From assembly GCA_002269645.1 (NCBI GenBank), contig NIVC01002825.1, forward strand, positions 1-64,000: 64,000 nt of DNA, in the 5' to 3' direction. Under the pieces are notes generated by a model that worked only from the letters and a program-made list of their open reading frames with translations, was not told where the DNA came from and made no database searches. The position numbers and the translations under genes were made by a program. Below, in pieces: positions 10,801 to 22,200 of the stretch (position 1 is its first letter; each line of letters opens with the position of its first letter). Origin of the DNA: Macrostomum lignano. Lineage: Eukaryota.

Positions 10801-12054
10801 TTCCCAGATCTGCCTTTATGCTCGTATGGGAAAAGTTTTAAAGAAAAGGTCTGAAATTTTCGTGTTAGGAAGACACTTGGTGGCAATGACATTTAACTTC
10901 AACCGTATCTTAGAGTTATCCAAAAGGTTTTAGCAACAATCTAAATTAGCAACTAGCGATCGTTGACGATATTTATAGATAAAGGCACTTGTTTAAGCAG
11001 GTAAAAATGCCTAAAATCAAAGCATGACAATTTTTGAGCAGCACGTTGAATGGAGCACTTATTACCTGCAGCGAAGGGTCTGGCAAAGCGGGCACGGCGC
11101 TGGGCGGCTGGCCTGGGAAGCCGCCGCGGAAGTTCACATCGTTTGGGGTGCGCACCTCCCAGCCGAGGCCCCCGGTGGGACCGCCCGCTGCGCCGCCTCC
11201 GTACAGGTTGATCTGCGTGCCGGAGTGATTGACAGCTGAAAAGCCCTGGTCAGGCACCGACGAAGCTGAGAGATCGTCAGCCGGGTCTGTCCTTTCCCAG
11301 GCTTCGTACGGACCGCTGGCAGCTGCGGCAGCCGCCGAGGCACCACCAGCACCGGAGCGGCGCAGGCGATCGCGGGAGTTGCTGCGTCTGCCGCCGCCGT
11401 TGCGCCGTCGCGTCCGAAGGCCGTCCTCGAGGTCGCTGTCCCAGCTGGAAAGTTCGACGGGATTTCGAGGATATGAGGGTTAGGGTTAGGGTGTGTGCAC
11501 CTGTATATATATATATATGTTCTCAGAGAAACGACCAATGCACTCAACCCATACTTCAGCAGCTACAACAGCACTAATCGCTCACCCATTAATATCGGAG
11601 TTGCTGACGCTGCTCTGATCAAGGCAGTCGTCGATCTCGTTCCAACCGTGCACATCCTCGCAGTGATAGGTTCGTGAAGTGACGAAACTCTGCTGCTTGG
11701 TGACGCGGTGCATGGCAACCGATTTGACAATGCGTTTGCCCGGCTTCAGGCAGAAAGGAGCCCGGTACTGGAATGTGACCTCGCGACCGTTCAAAAATCG
11801 CTTGTTGGGATCCGGTCGCGTGCCGTCGGTTGTGAAGAAAATGTTGCAGTTGTTGCTCTCTGAAACGTGCAACGGTTGTTTTATAGATAGCCTTCACAAT
11901 TTAAGTGATTAAATCTAACAAAAATCAAAATCAGTAGCGCACCGGTGGACATTTCAATGTAGGTTGAGGTGTCGATGCAGGTGCTGGGCTTGCCATTCAC
12001 GTGGCTCCTCAGCGGCGTAACGACTGGGGCGGCAATTCCGCCTGCGGACGGCAT
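7858..12054 (-). CDS. Annexin with long N-terminal extension containing a DZANK1-like Fn3-associated/CHB_HEX_C domain; 8 exons, 806 aa (12054-11943, 11859-11586, 11444-11066, 10512-10234, 10189-9863, 9773-9290, 8979-8587, 8030-7858)
   Basis: Four annexin repeats with endonexin motifs (KAMKGLGTNE, EAVKGLGTDE, GVGKWGTDE, KAMKGLGTND) and the terminal TSGDYRKILLAL. All junctions are GT-AG and phase-consistent (2421 nt). The N-terminus MPSAGGIAAPVVTPLR..CIDTSTYIEM..NIFFTTDGTRPD..TFQYRAPFCLKPGKRIVKSVA resembles my recollection of the DZANK1 N-terminal domain. Confidence 0.88.
8060..8330 (-). mobile_element. tRNA-derived SINE family B (CORE-like central domain), copy 1, in the last annexin intron
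   Basis: Minus strand has A-box TAGCGTAGTGG and B-box GGTTCGATCC, then TGTCCTTGAGCGAGACACTCAAC..CAGCGGTAAAATGGGTGCC resembling the CORE/MIR segment. A second copy lies at 37218-37491. Confidence 0.75.
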
Positions 12055-13172
12055 CTGAAATGTTAAATAATGGTCGGTATATTGAAGAAACAGGACGTTC
12101 GTCCTGCATGGATGTAAAATTATAGTTTTAAAAATATATTGTTACAAAACTACTGTTGACTTAGTATAAAATGTGCATCACAAAATTCATCATAGCTTAC
12201 TTATTTACTTTTTTGTCATAAAAATCATATTAAATTTCAATTTAAGAGGAAGAATTTACGCTTTGACAATTAAAAATACTAGCTAGTAAACAGAATTCTT
12301 CAAGTACATTCAGTTCTATGAATACAATGTCTATATTTTAGCTATTGTTAATGATCTTGGCTTAAAGCAAGTGATATTAAAAAATACTAAAAAGGAACCA
12401 TAGACAAATTCCAAAGAGCTGATATTTTACATAATTTGACATTTAAAAGTAGCTGTGTGCAAATTATGATGATTTTTATAAATTCAATATAAAGAATTTG
12501 TAAACATCATCATTTAAAGTGATACAAAATAATTCTTTTGCTTTATTTCAAGCTAAATAAGAAAGTTAGAAAAAGTAAAACACAGTTGAAATATTATTTT
12601 AAAAGGACCACCAAGCAACAAAAATTTAAGTTGAGTTAAATGTTAAATCGTTTAATTATAAAGTTTAACTTAAAGATTGTTGGTTTTATATAGCCTGACA
12701 TGACACTGTGAAATGCTACAAATAAAAACAGTAAAATACTTTAAATAAAGCGAAATAAAAAACAAAGTCTATCTTTTCTTGCGTTAATATCAAGGATTTT
12801 TTAAAATTAGAATATAAAGTACTTGTTATTACATTAGCTATCGTAGATATTATACTTTATAGATAAGAAATTCAGAAACAAAAATGATACCGTACACGCA
12901 AGTCAAATTCCCTGCACTACAAAAATACTAAAATTTAATGTACAATTAGTGTGGAAAAATTGTAATAAAACTTTAATGTTGTGCTTTTAATCTGAAACTT
13001 GAGCTGAAAGCATTTTGTAAGAATTCATTGCATAGAGTTTGTTTATATGCATGTTGTCAAGACAAAGTACAAGACAATTTTTAAAAATGAGTTAACAAAC
13101 ATTTATAACTTATCCTATAGATAATTTTGAGTTTTAGAGTTTTCAAGACACTTCTGGTAGTGAATGCAATAA

Positions 13173-13802
13173 ATGGACCCTGGAGCATCAAACTGGGACG
13201 TTTCAAAACGTTATAAAACAGACGTTCTAGTCGGAAATTGGTTTGAAGAACGACTAGTGTACGATAGAAAGAACCATACGCATCCATCGAGCTACAGCAT
13301 CGACTTTCAACAAAGGGGATACCAGCAGCCAGATGTTGTGCTTCGAAGGAACGGCTGGATTCGCTCTAACGGAGTAGGTAAGGAAATACTGCTAGCCCAT
13401 CACGGCGATGCCTACAAGAAAAACTGGATCACTTGGTACGACGAGGACTTCAACGGTCGAGGCTTGCCTAGGAACCCCCCGCTGCGCGACTGGCACTCTG
13501 GCAACATGGCCTGGAGCCCGGAGCGCTCAGACTTCCCCGTCCAGGGCAGCCCGACCAACTGGGGCTTGAAGGAAAGACTAGACAAGCGATGGAATACCAG
13601 TCTACAGGAGCGCTCGACCACGTCAAAGAATGACTTCAGTACTACGTACAACGCGTCATATCTGAAGCCGAGAACGGAGGACCTGCTGGCTGCACGACAG
13701 CCGAGCTTCCTGCCACCAATCAGCGGGAGGATGCCGGCAAACACCGGCAGTCAGGACAAGTTCGAGGAGCCGGCCCAGAAGCTGTCGGTCGTGGCCACCT
13801 AG
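13173..13802 (+). CDS. CFAP107: Cilia- and flagella-associated protein 107 (C1orf158)-like, intronless, 209 aa
   Basis: Motifs W..SKRYKTDVLVGNWFEER, HHGDAYKKNWITWYDEDFN, LRDWHSGNMAWSPERSDFP..PTNWGL and STTYNASY match the C1orf158 family pattern from memory. Confidence 0.8.
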   Translation: MDPGASNWDVSKRYKTDVLVGNWFEERLVYDRKNHTHPSSYSIDFQQRGYQQPDVVLRRNGWIRSNGVGKEILLAHHGDAYKKNWITWYDEDFNGRGLPRNPPLRDWHSGNMAWSPERSDFPVQGSPTNWGLKERLDKRWNTSLQERSTTSKNDFSTTYNASYLKPRTEDLLAARQPSFLPPISGRMPANTGSQDKFEEPAQKLSVVAT

Positions 13803-14167
13803 ACAGCCGCGGTTCTTATACTTTAGCTTGTACAATACCGAACAATCAGCAGCCCTTTGCTATTTGGCCTAATCTTTTTGACAGACTTTTCGCAAATGGA
13901 TATCGAATTTCTGAACGGCAACAAACAGAGAAAAACGTTTTATTTTCACTATTGAACTCTGGCCATGCGTGCGAATCAAATTCAGTTCTTTATGTATAGT
14001 AGATGGCTAAGTGTGAAACGTCACTGCCAGGACCTAGTGCATGTATACGCTTCAACATGAGAACTTGTTACTCGTAACAGTTTGTGCGGCACAGATAGCA
14101 AATATATATTAAAAAGCTCACTCATGCTGCCTTCCTTAGATTATTTATACGCTCGTATTTTCTTGTA

Positions 14168-14735
14168 GCACTTGAAGCAGTGAAATGGATGGATGAAGCA
14201 CTTGAAGCAGTGATATGGATAGATGAAGCAGTGAAATGGATCGATGAAGCACTGATATGGATGGATGAAGCAGTGAAATGGATGGATGAAACAGTGAAAT
14301 GGATGGATGAAGCAGTGAAATGGATGAATGAAGCAGTGAAATGGATGGATGAAGCAGTGAAATGGATGGATGAAGCAGTGAAATGGATGGATGAAGCAGT
14401 GAAATGGATGGATGAAGCAGTGAAATGGATGAATGAAGCAGTGAAATGGATGGATGAAGCAGTGAAATGGATGGATGAAGCAGTGAAATGGATGGATGAA
14501 GCAGTGAAATGGATGGATGAAGCAGTGAAATGGATGAATGAAGCAGTGAAATGGATGGAGGAAGCAGTGAAATGGATGAATGAAGCAGTGAAATGGATGG
14601 AGGAAGCAGTGAAATGGATGGATGAAGCAGTGAAATGGATGAAGCAGTGATATGGATGGATGAAGCAGTGAAATGGATGGATGAAGCAGTGAAATGGATG
14701 AATGAAGCAGTGAAATGGATGAATGAAGCAGCTGT
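14168..14735. repeat. 21-bp minisatellite, about 26 copies
   Basis: Unit GAAGCAGTGAAATGGATGGAT; explains the KWMDEAV ORF. Confidence 0.92.
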
Positions 14736-15599
14736 GAAATGGAACTATTAAAACACTATGTATAGATATAATGGATGGATTAAGTGTACGACGTAGATAA
14801 ATGTGACTTCATTTTGAAAATAAAATAGCAATAACTCCATTTGTTTAATGTTACTGTGCAAAATCTAGATAGATCGAAAATCTGGTTTATTAATTTAAGC
14901 CACAAATTAAAGGCACATTAAAAAATTAAACAATCAAGTTGTCAAGTGTTAGCAAAAATACAATAAGAATTCGAGCAGAAGTACAAGTCGCCTTTGCGGA
15001 AATAAAATTGTCAGTTAATACGTAATTCTAAGATCCGTTGATGGCTTTAGCAGTAATATATATAAGTAGTTTAGCAGGCGTTTCATCAGTAGCAAGTAGC
15101 GATCATGGACAACTGAAGTAGGACGCTGCAGTTGATTTTCTAAGATATGATCTGAAAGGTTCCAGATCATTTCTAAGAAAATGGAGAACAATGTCCTTTT
15201 GCTTCAGCTGTCTATGGTAGAGATAATCTGGATAAAAAACAAGCAAAGCAAAGAAGCTCTAAAAGCGGTTTATGTTCGTCCCTCTTGCCCCTTGTGCCCC
15301 TTCCCGACCCCTTGGCCTGGCCTCCAATATAGAGCTGGATAGGTGACACCCTTGAGGCTTGCAGCCCTATAGGTTTTGCGGTTGCCTGACAGGAGACTCG
15401 CCCTCGGAAACAAGCCTTCCAGACTCGCTCCAAAATTAAGCCATTTCCGAGACTTCTGGGTCCCCCCGCTCTCGGACCGCTTTTTAGTAGTATCCCAAAC
15501 ATTTTCGAAATTCTTTTTTTTCGCGCACTCCCGGGACTTGTCCGCTGGGTGGCGGCTTGGGTGAACTCGGTCCTAGCACTGTCCCTGATTCCACTTTTG

Positions 15600-16012
15600 T
15601 GTTAGCGGTGTCTTAGTCCATAGGTTTGGGTTGGCGGTGTCTTAGTCCATAGGTTTGGGTTGGCGGTGTCTTAGTCCATAGGTTTGGGTTGGCGGTGTCT
15701 TAGTCCATAAGTTAGGGTTGGCGGTGTCTTAGTCCATAGGTTTGGGTTGGCGGTGTCTTAGTCCATAAGTTTGGGTTGGCGGTGTCTTAGTCCATAGGTT
15801 TGGGTTGGCGGTGTCTTAGTCCATAGGTTTGGGTTGGCGGTGTCTTAGTCCATAGGTTTGGGTTGGCGGTGTCTTAGTCCATAGGTTTGGGTTGGCGGTG
15901 TCTTAGTCCATAGGTTTGGGTTGGCGGTGTCTTAGTCCATAAGTTTGGGTTGGCGGTGTCTTAGTCCATAGGTTTGGGTTGGCGGTGTCTTAGTCCATAG
16001 GTTTGGGTTGGC
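15600..16012. repeat. 29-bp minisatellite, about 14 copies
   Basis: Unit GTTGGCGGTGTCTTAGTCCATAGGTTTGG. Confidence 0.92.
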
Positions 16013-16243
16013 AGATTCCCCTGGCCCAGACGCCAGGGTCCAATCTCGGGTATCTCGGGCTATATGCCCCTGGTAGTGCCCCTCAGCGGCAGAGCTCCTC
16101 CCAGTGCTGATCCGCAGGTAGCTCCCGGCTTCCCACCCCGTTTAACAACAACAAAAGCGAATTGAGTCCGACCAATTATAACCTCCAATATTTTAAAGCA
16201 ATCACAGCTTCCAGCATAGTAGTTGATAGTTGATGAAGCTGCC

Positions 16244-19200
16244 TCACACAGCCTCTGTGCCGCTCACCGCCGCAGCGTCAAAGCCGCTGTGCTGCCGTCG
16301 CACCAGCGGGCGGTTCGCTTCGTCAGCTTGAACCCCCGAGGGGCCGCTGCCGCGGCCACCACCGCTGCCTCCTTCGGCGAGCCTGGCTGACCGGATCCGG
16401 GCAAACTTGATTTCCTCTTGCTGAAATTGGCGGGAGATGATGAGCGATCGAATTGTGGTCGGAAGTTTGGGGAGAATTGTTTTGGAATTTTTTTAATATT
16501 GACTGGTTAATGGGAACTAGTTTTGACCTTATTATGAACTAGTTGTGACCTTTGTGAACTAGTTGTGACGTTTGTCAACTAGTTGTGACCTTTGTGAATT
16601 AGTTGTGACCTTTGTGAATTAGTTGTGACCTTTGTGAACTAGTTGTTACCTTTGTCAACTAGTTGTTACCTTTTTCAACTAGTTGTTACCTTTGTCAACT
16701 AGTTGTTACCTTTGTCAACTAGTTGTGACCTTTGTGAACTAGTTGTGAACTAGTTGTGAACTAGTTGTGAACTAGTTGTGAACTAGTTGTGACCTGGTTG
16801 TGAAATAGTTGTGACTTAGTTGTGAACTAGTTAATTTATAGTTTCAGAAAGTTTTTAAGACAAATTAGAGCCATTAGGGATTATTTTAGATTAATATTTT
16901 AAGCACTGATTACTTTAGAATTTACTAAATTTTAAATTTAGCAACATATGATTACCTCATTAAGCTGTTTGAGTCTCTGATCCCCGATCTCCTTCCTGGC
17001 AATTGCCAGAGTTCGATAATAGTGAATGGCGATTCTGCAATTTCAAAGCCAAGAAGAGATCTGCACTAAGGAACTGCACTTTTCAATTCAAAAATGGAAT
17101 TTTAGAGAAGAAATACTCGTATCTTGCCTACTTACAGTAGCGAGATGATCACCACAAATAGAAAGCTGGCCGAGCTGAGATAGTCGATCAGGTGCCGGCC
17201 ATCAGAGCTAAAGCCGGCCACCACATCCTTGATGGGCTGGTAGGCCGTGCCGCCGGTGCGGAATGGGGAACAGCCCTTTGATGTGGAGATCCTGGGAGGG
17301 CGAAAGTGAAGGCCAATGAAACCCTACTCCTGTCACCCTGGTCACTCTGGTCACTCTGGTCACTCTGGTCACTCTGGTCACTCTGGTCACTCTGGTCACT
17401 CTGGTCACTCTGGTCACTCTGGTCACTCTGGTCACTCTGGTCACTCTGGTCACTCTGGTCACTCTGGTCACTCTGGTCACTCTGGTCACTCTGGTCACTC
17501 TGGTCACTCTGGTCACTCTGGTCACTCTGGTCACTCTGGTCACTCTGGTCACTCTGGTCACTCTGGTCACTCTGGTCACTCTGGTCACTCTGGTCACTCT
17601 GGTCACTCTAGTCACTCTAGTCACTCTAGTCACTCTAGTCACTCTTGTCACTCCGACAGAGCTCAACTCACGAAACGATGGCGTATCCTATTGGGAGGAG
17701 GCAGACAAAGTAGGCCAAGAAGAGGGTGACCATGAAGAAGACGGTTGCGCTGGAGTTCTTCATGGGTCGGTCCGGCGGCTTGTACGAGAAATGGCAGGAG
17801 AACTGGCAGAGAAGAAGCAGGCGATTTTCACAAATATGACGCAAATTTCGAAAAAAATGGCATCGATTCCGAAAGTGGCACCTAAATTTTCTTTAAAATG
17901 GCACCTGTTTCCTAAAAATGGCACCGGTTTCCTAAAAATGGCACCGGTTTCCTAAAAAAAGGGCACCGGTTTCCTAACGATGGCAACGGTTTCCTAAAAA
18001 TGGCACCGGTTTCCTAAAAATAACACCGGTTTCCTAAAAATGGCACCGGTTTCCTAAAAATAACACCAGTTTCCGAAAAAACGGCAGGTTTCCTAAAAAT
18101 GGCAATAGTTTCCTAAAAAGGGCATTGGTTTCCTAACGATGGCACCGGTTTCCGAAAACGGCACCGGTTTCCTAAAAATGGCACCGGTTTCCTAAAAAGG
18201 GCACCGGTTTCCTAACGATGGCACTAGTTTCCTGAAAATGGCACCGGTTTCCTACAAACGGCACTAGTTTCCTAAAAGGGCAACGGTTTCCTAACCATGG
18301 CACCGGTTTCCTAAAAAGGGCAGGTTTCCTAAAAATGGCACTAGTTTCCTAAAAATGGCACTAGGTTCCTAAAAAGGGCAGGTTTCCTAAAAATGGCACT
18401 GGTTTCCTAAAATGGCACCGGTTTCCTAAAAAGGGCAGGTTTCCTAAAAATGGCACCGGTTTCCTAAAAAGGGCAGGTTTCCTTAAAAGGGCAGGTTTCC
18501 TAAAAAGGGCAGGTTTCCTAAAAATGGCACCGGTTTCCTAAAAATGGCCCGCTTTCCTAAAAATGGCACCGGTTTCCTAAAAAGGGCACCGGTTTCCTAA
18601 CGATGGCACTAGTTTCCTGAAAATGGCACCGGTTTCCTACAAACGGCACTAGTTTCCTAAAAGGGCAACGGTTTCCTAACCATGGCACCGGTTTCCTAAA
18701 AGGGCAGGTTTCCTAAAAATGGCACTAGTTTCCTAAAAATGGCACTAGGTTCCTAAAAAGGGCAGGTTTCCTAAAAATGGCACTGGTTTCCTAAAATGGC
18801 ACCGGTTTCCTAAAAAGGGCAGGTTTCCTAAAAATGGCACCGGTTTCCTAAAAAGGGCAGGTTTCCTTAAAAGGGCAGGTTTCCTAAAAAGGGCAGGTTT
18901 CCTAAAAATGGCACTGGTTTCCTAAAAAGGGCAGGTTTCCTAAAAAATGGCACTAGTTTCCTGAAAATGGCACCGGTTTCCTAAAAAGGGCAGGTTTCCT
19001 AAAGATGGCAACGGTTTCCTAAAGATGGCACCGGTTTCTTAAAAAGGCATCAAGGTTTTTAATGGCTCTGGTTTCTGAACAATAATTCATTTGTAGCAAC
19101 AAAACATAATAGAATTTGGAGTTTCTGCCGATCAGCTCACCTTCCTCAGGTAGAAGAGCAGGAAGAGCACCACGGAGTTCATCACGGGCAGGAAGGGGCA

Positions 19201-22200
19201 GAACAGCATGCCGAACCAGACAATCACCTGGGCGTACAGGACATCGAGCACAGAGTCGGAAATGTTAAACTCAGGCGGTCCAATCAGCTTGGCGGCTTTG
19301 CATTGGCATTTGCGAGCGATTAGGGACCTGTTTGTGAGGCGAGGGTTTGTCTTTGATCACCTGGCTTGCTAAATCACGTGTGCTGGATTCTGGATGATGC
19401 AATAATCCACTAGAGCTAGAGAGATGAGACATTATATAGAAATACTTTGAGCTTGGATGCAAAATTTGAGATTGATTTTAGAGAATAGAGATTAATAAGG
19501 ATGGGAGATAACAGACGAGAGATAAGAGATAAGAGATTGAGATTAGATTAGAGATGAGAGATTATAGAGATTGAGATTAGAGATTAGAAATCAGAGACTA
19601 GAAATCATAGATTAGAGACAATAGACAAGAGATTGAAATTGAGATTAGATTAGAGATTAGAAATCAGAGATCAGAGATTAGAGATAAGAGATTATAGACT
19701 GCATGTAGAGATTGAAAATAGAAAATTGGAGATTGGAGATTAAAAAGTGGAACTTTGAGAGTGAAGGAGAAAATAAGAATTAGAGAGTAGAGATTAAAGA
19801 TCAGAGACTATAGATAAATTATTACAGATTAGAGATTGAAGATTGGAAATTGGGAAGATTACAAGAAGATTAAACAAAGTAAAAAAGCTCGAAAAGCGAA
19901 CCTGGGCAGCTCAACAACGAAGCACACGACCAGCTGTACGGCAAAGAAGGTGATCTCCAGCTTGTAGAAGGCCTGACCAACGTAGGCCTCCCAGCAGTGC
20001 ACAGCGGAGCACCGGGGCGCCACCCCAACTCCGCAGGTGTCCTTGGTGTCGCAGGTAATTATGGAATAAATCGAAATAACCAGAACGGTTAAACTGGCCA
20101 ACCTGAGAAAGATGCAGCGGCCCAACGTCACAGCCAGCTCAGTGTCCGGGGTGTACTCTTCAAGGCGAGCCAGCAGCTGGAACAGGATCGGCAGGATCGC
20201 CACCAGCAGCGAGATGATCACCATAGGCAGGTACTGGTAGGCCAGGTAGGCGAAGCTGCTCGTGTCCACCCCGGCAGCCGTGGTGTACTCGGCCGAAACC
20301 TTCTGGGCCTGGTAGATGGCAAAGCCGGCGCCGCACAGCAGGCCGAGAACCAGGATGTTCACCAGGACTCGCTTGGCAATCAGGCTGCAGCCGCCGCATC
20401 TGCCAGCTTCCAGCCGTCGCTGCAACAGTCGGTGAAGATCGAGTTCGGCGACCAGGTTGTTGCGAAGGAGCTGTTTGGCCAGGTTGGCAGTCTTGGAGTC
20501 GCTCAGGCCGAAGTCCCAGGCCGAGAGGATGAGCGGCGAGAACCGGGTGGACTTGGACGACACTGACGGCTGGGCGCGCTGGAGCAGCACCTCCTTGAAG
20601 GCGGCGCCAGTTCTGATAGTTGAGGGCGTTTGAGAGGCGAGTGTGAGGATCTTCGGTGGGCGACGGGGCAGATGAGATTATTGCGAAGGGATAATCAGGG
20701 AAAAAATCAGGAAGGGATAATCAGGTAGGGATAATCAGGGAGGGATAATCAGGTAGGGATAATCAGGGAGGGATAAATCAGGGAGGGATAATCAGGTAGG
20801 GATAATCAGGGAGGGATAATCAGGTAGGGATAATCAGGGAGGGATAAATCAGGGAGGGATAATCAGGTAGGGATAATCAGGGAGGGATAATAAGGGAACG
20901 GATAATCAGGGAGGGAATATCAGGTAGGGATAATCAGGTAGGGATAATCAGGGAGGGATAATAAGGGAACGGATAATCAGGGAGGGATAATCAGGTAGGG
21001 ATAATCAGGTAGGGATAATCAGGGAGGGATAATAAGGGAACGGATAATCAGGGAGGGATAATCAGGTAGGGATAATCAGGGAGGGATAATCAGGGAGGGA
21101 TAATAAGGGAACGGATAATCAGGGAGGGATAATCAGGTAGGGATAATCAGGGAGGGATAATCAGGGAGGGATAATAAGGGAACGGATAATCAGGGAGGGA
21201 TAATAAGGGAGAGATAATCAGGTAGGGATAATCAGGGAGGGATAATCAGGTAGGGATAATCAGGTAGGGATAATCAGGGAGGGATAATAACGGAACGGAT
21301 AATCAGGGAGGGACAATCAGGGAGGCACAGTGAGGGAGCTAATGTCAAGCTCATCTCCATCTATAAAGGCGCAGGAGACGGAGTCAAGAGTCTGCAGGCC
21401 GAAACCTCAGCCAAGCAGAAGCAATACGCATGTAGAATTGCACCTTTCGAGCATGAACAACATGCTGATGAAAAAGGCGGCTCCAGTGACGGCGAGGTAA
21501 GCCACGGGCATGTTGTAACTCAATGCTCCAATGCTTAGCGCGGTGGGGAAATAGTAGCCTACGAACAGGATAGTGTTCTCCAGAATGCCCTGCAGAGAAT
21601 TAATAGGTAATACTTCTTTGTAAATCAGCTCTCAATGCCAATGCCAGAAAATATTTTTGTTTTATTAATTTATTTCTTGGAATGGTAACAATTAGTTTAG
21701 GTACAAATAATGTCGAAGAAATTGATACATTTGTTTAAAATGCACAACTAAATTTCTACATGTCTATATTTTACGCTCGAACTTTTTATTAAAGAAACAA
21801 AAAACTGTTTTAAAACCTTTTTAACAAAGGTTTCGACATTTTTAGTTGTATTCTAGGTATTTTTGAGTTAAGCAAAGCATGTAAAAATATGAAAAGTACA
21901 TAAATAACGTGGACATCTTTTTAATCTCTAATATATCCAATACAAAATTTAACAAAAAATTGACACTCAAAACATCAGCTTGCAACATTAAGTCCTTTGT
22001 TTATGAGCGTAAGCATTCTTCTACAAATATATTTGCATTTGAATAAATTAAATCTAGAATTTAAAATTGCAGACCTGTGACTGATACTCTTAAGCACTCA
22101 TTTACTTACACGGAACCACATTAATAATTTTGCGCTATTTTCACGGAACCGAAACACAAAAATCTATACCATCTATTAAAAATATTCCTTATAGACATTA

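Noticed and set aside
11476-11492. (TTAGGG)2 telomeric seed
   Set aside because: Only about two units in an intron; expected by chance.
14180-14650. KWMDEAV repeat protein and similar ORFs over arrays (RVT, YLSI, SQSV, HQDVY, THEL, IIKELRV)
   Set aside because: These are stop-free frames of tandem repeats, mostly inside introns whose boundaries are fixed by flanking exons.
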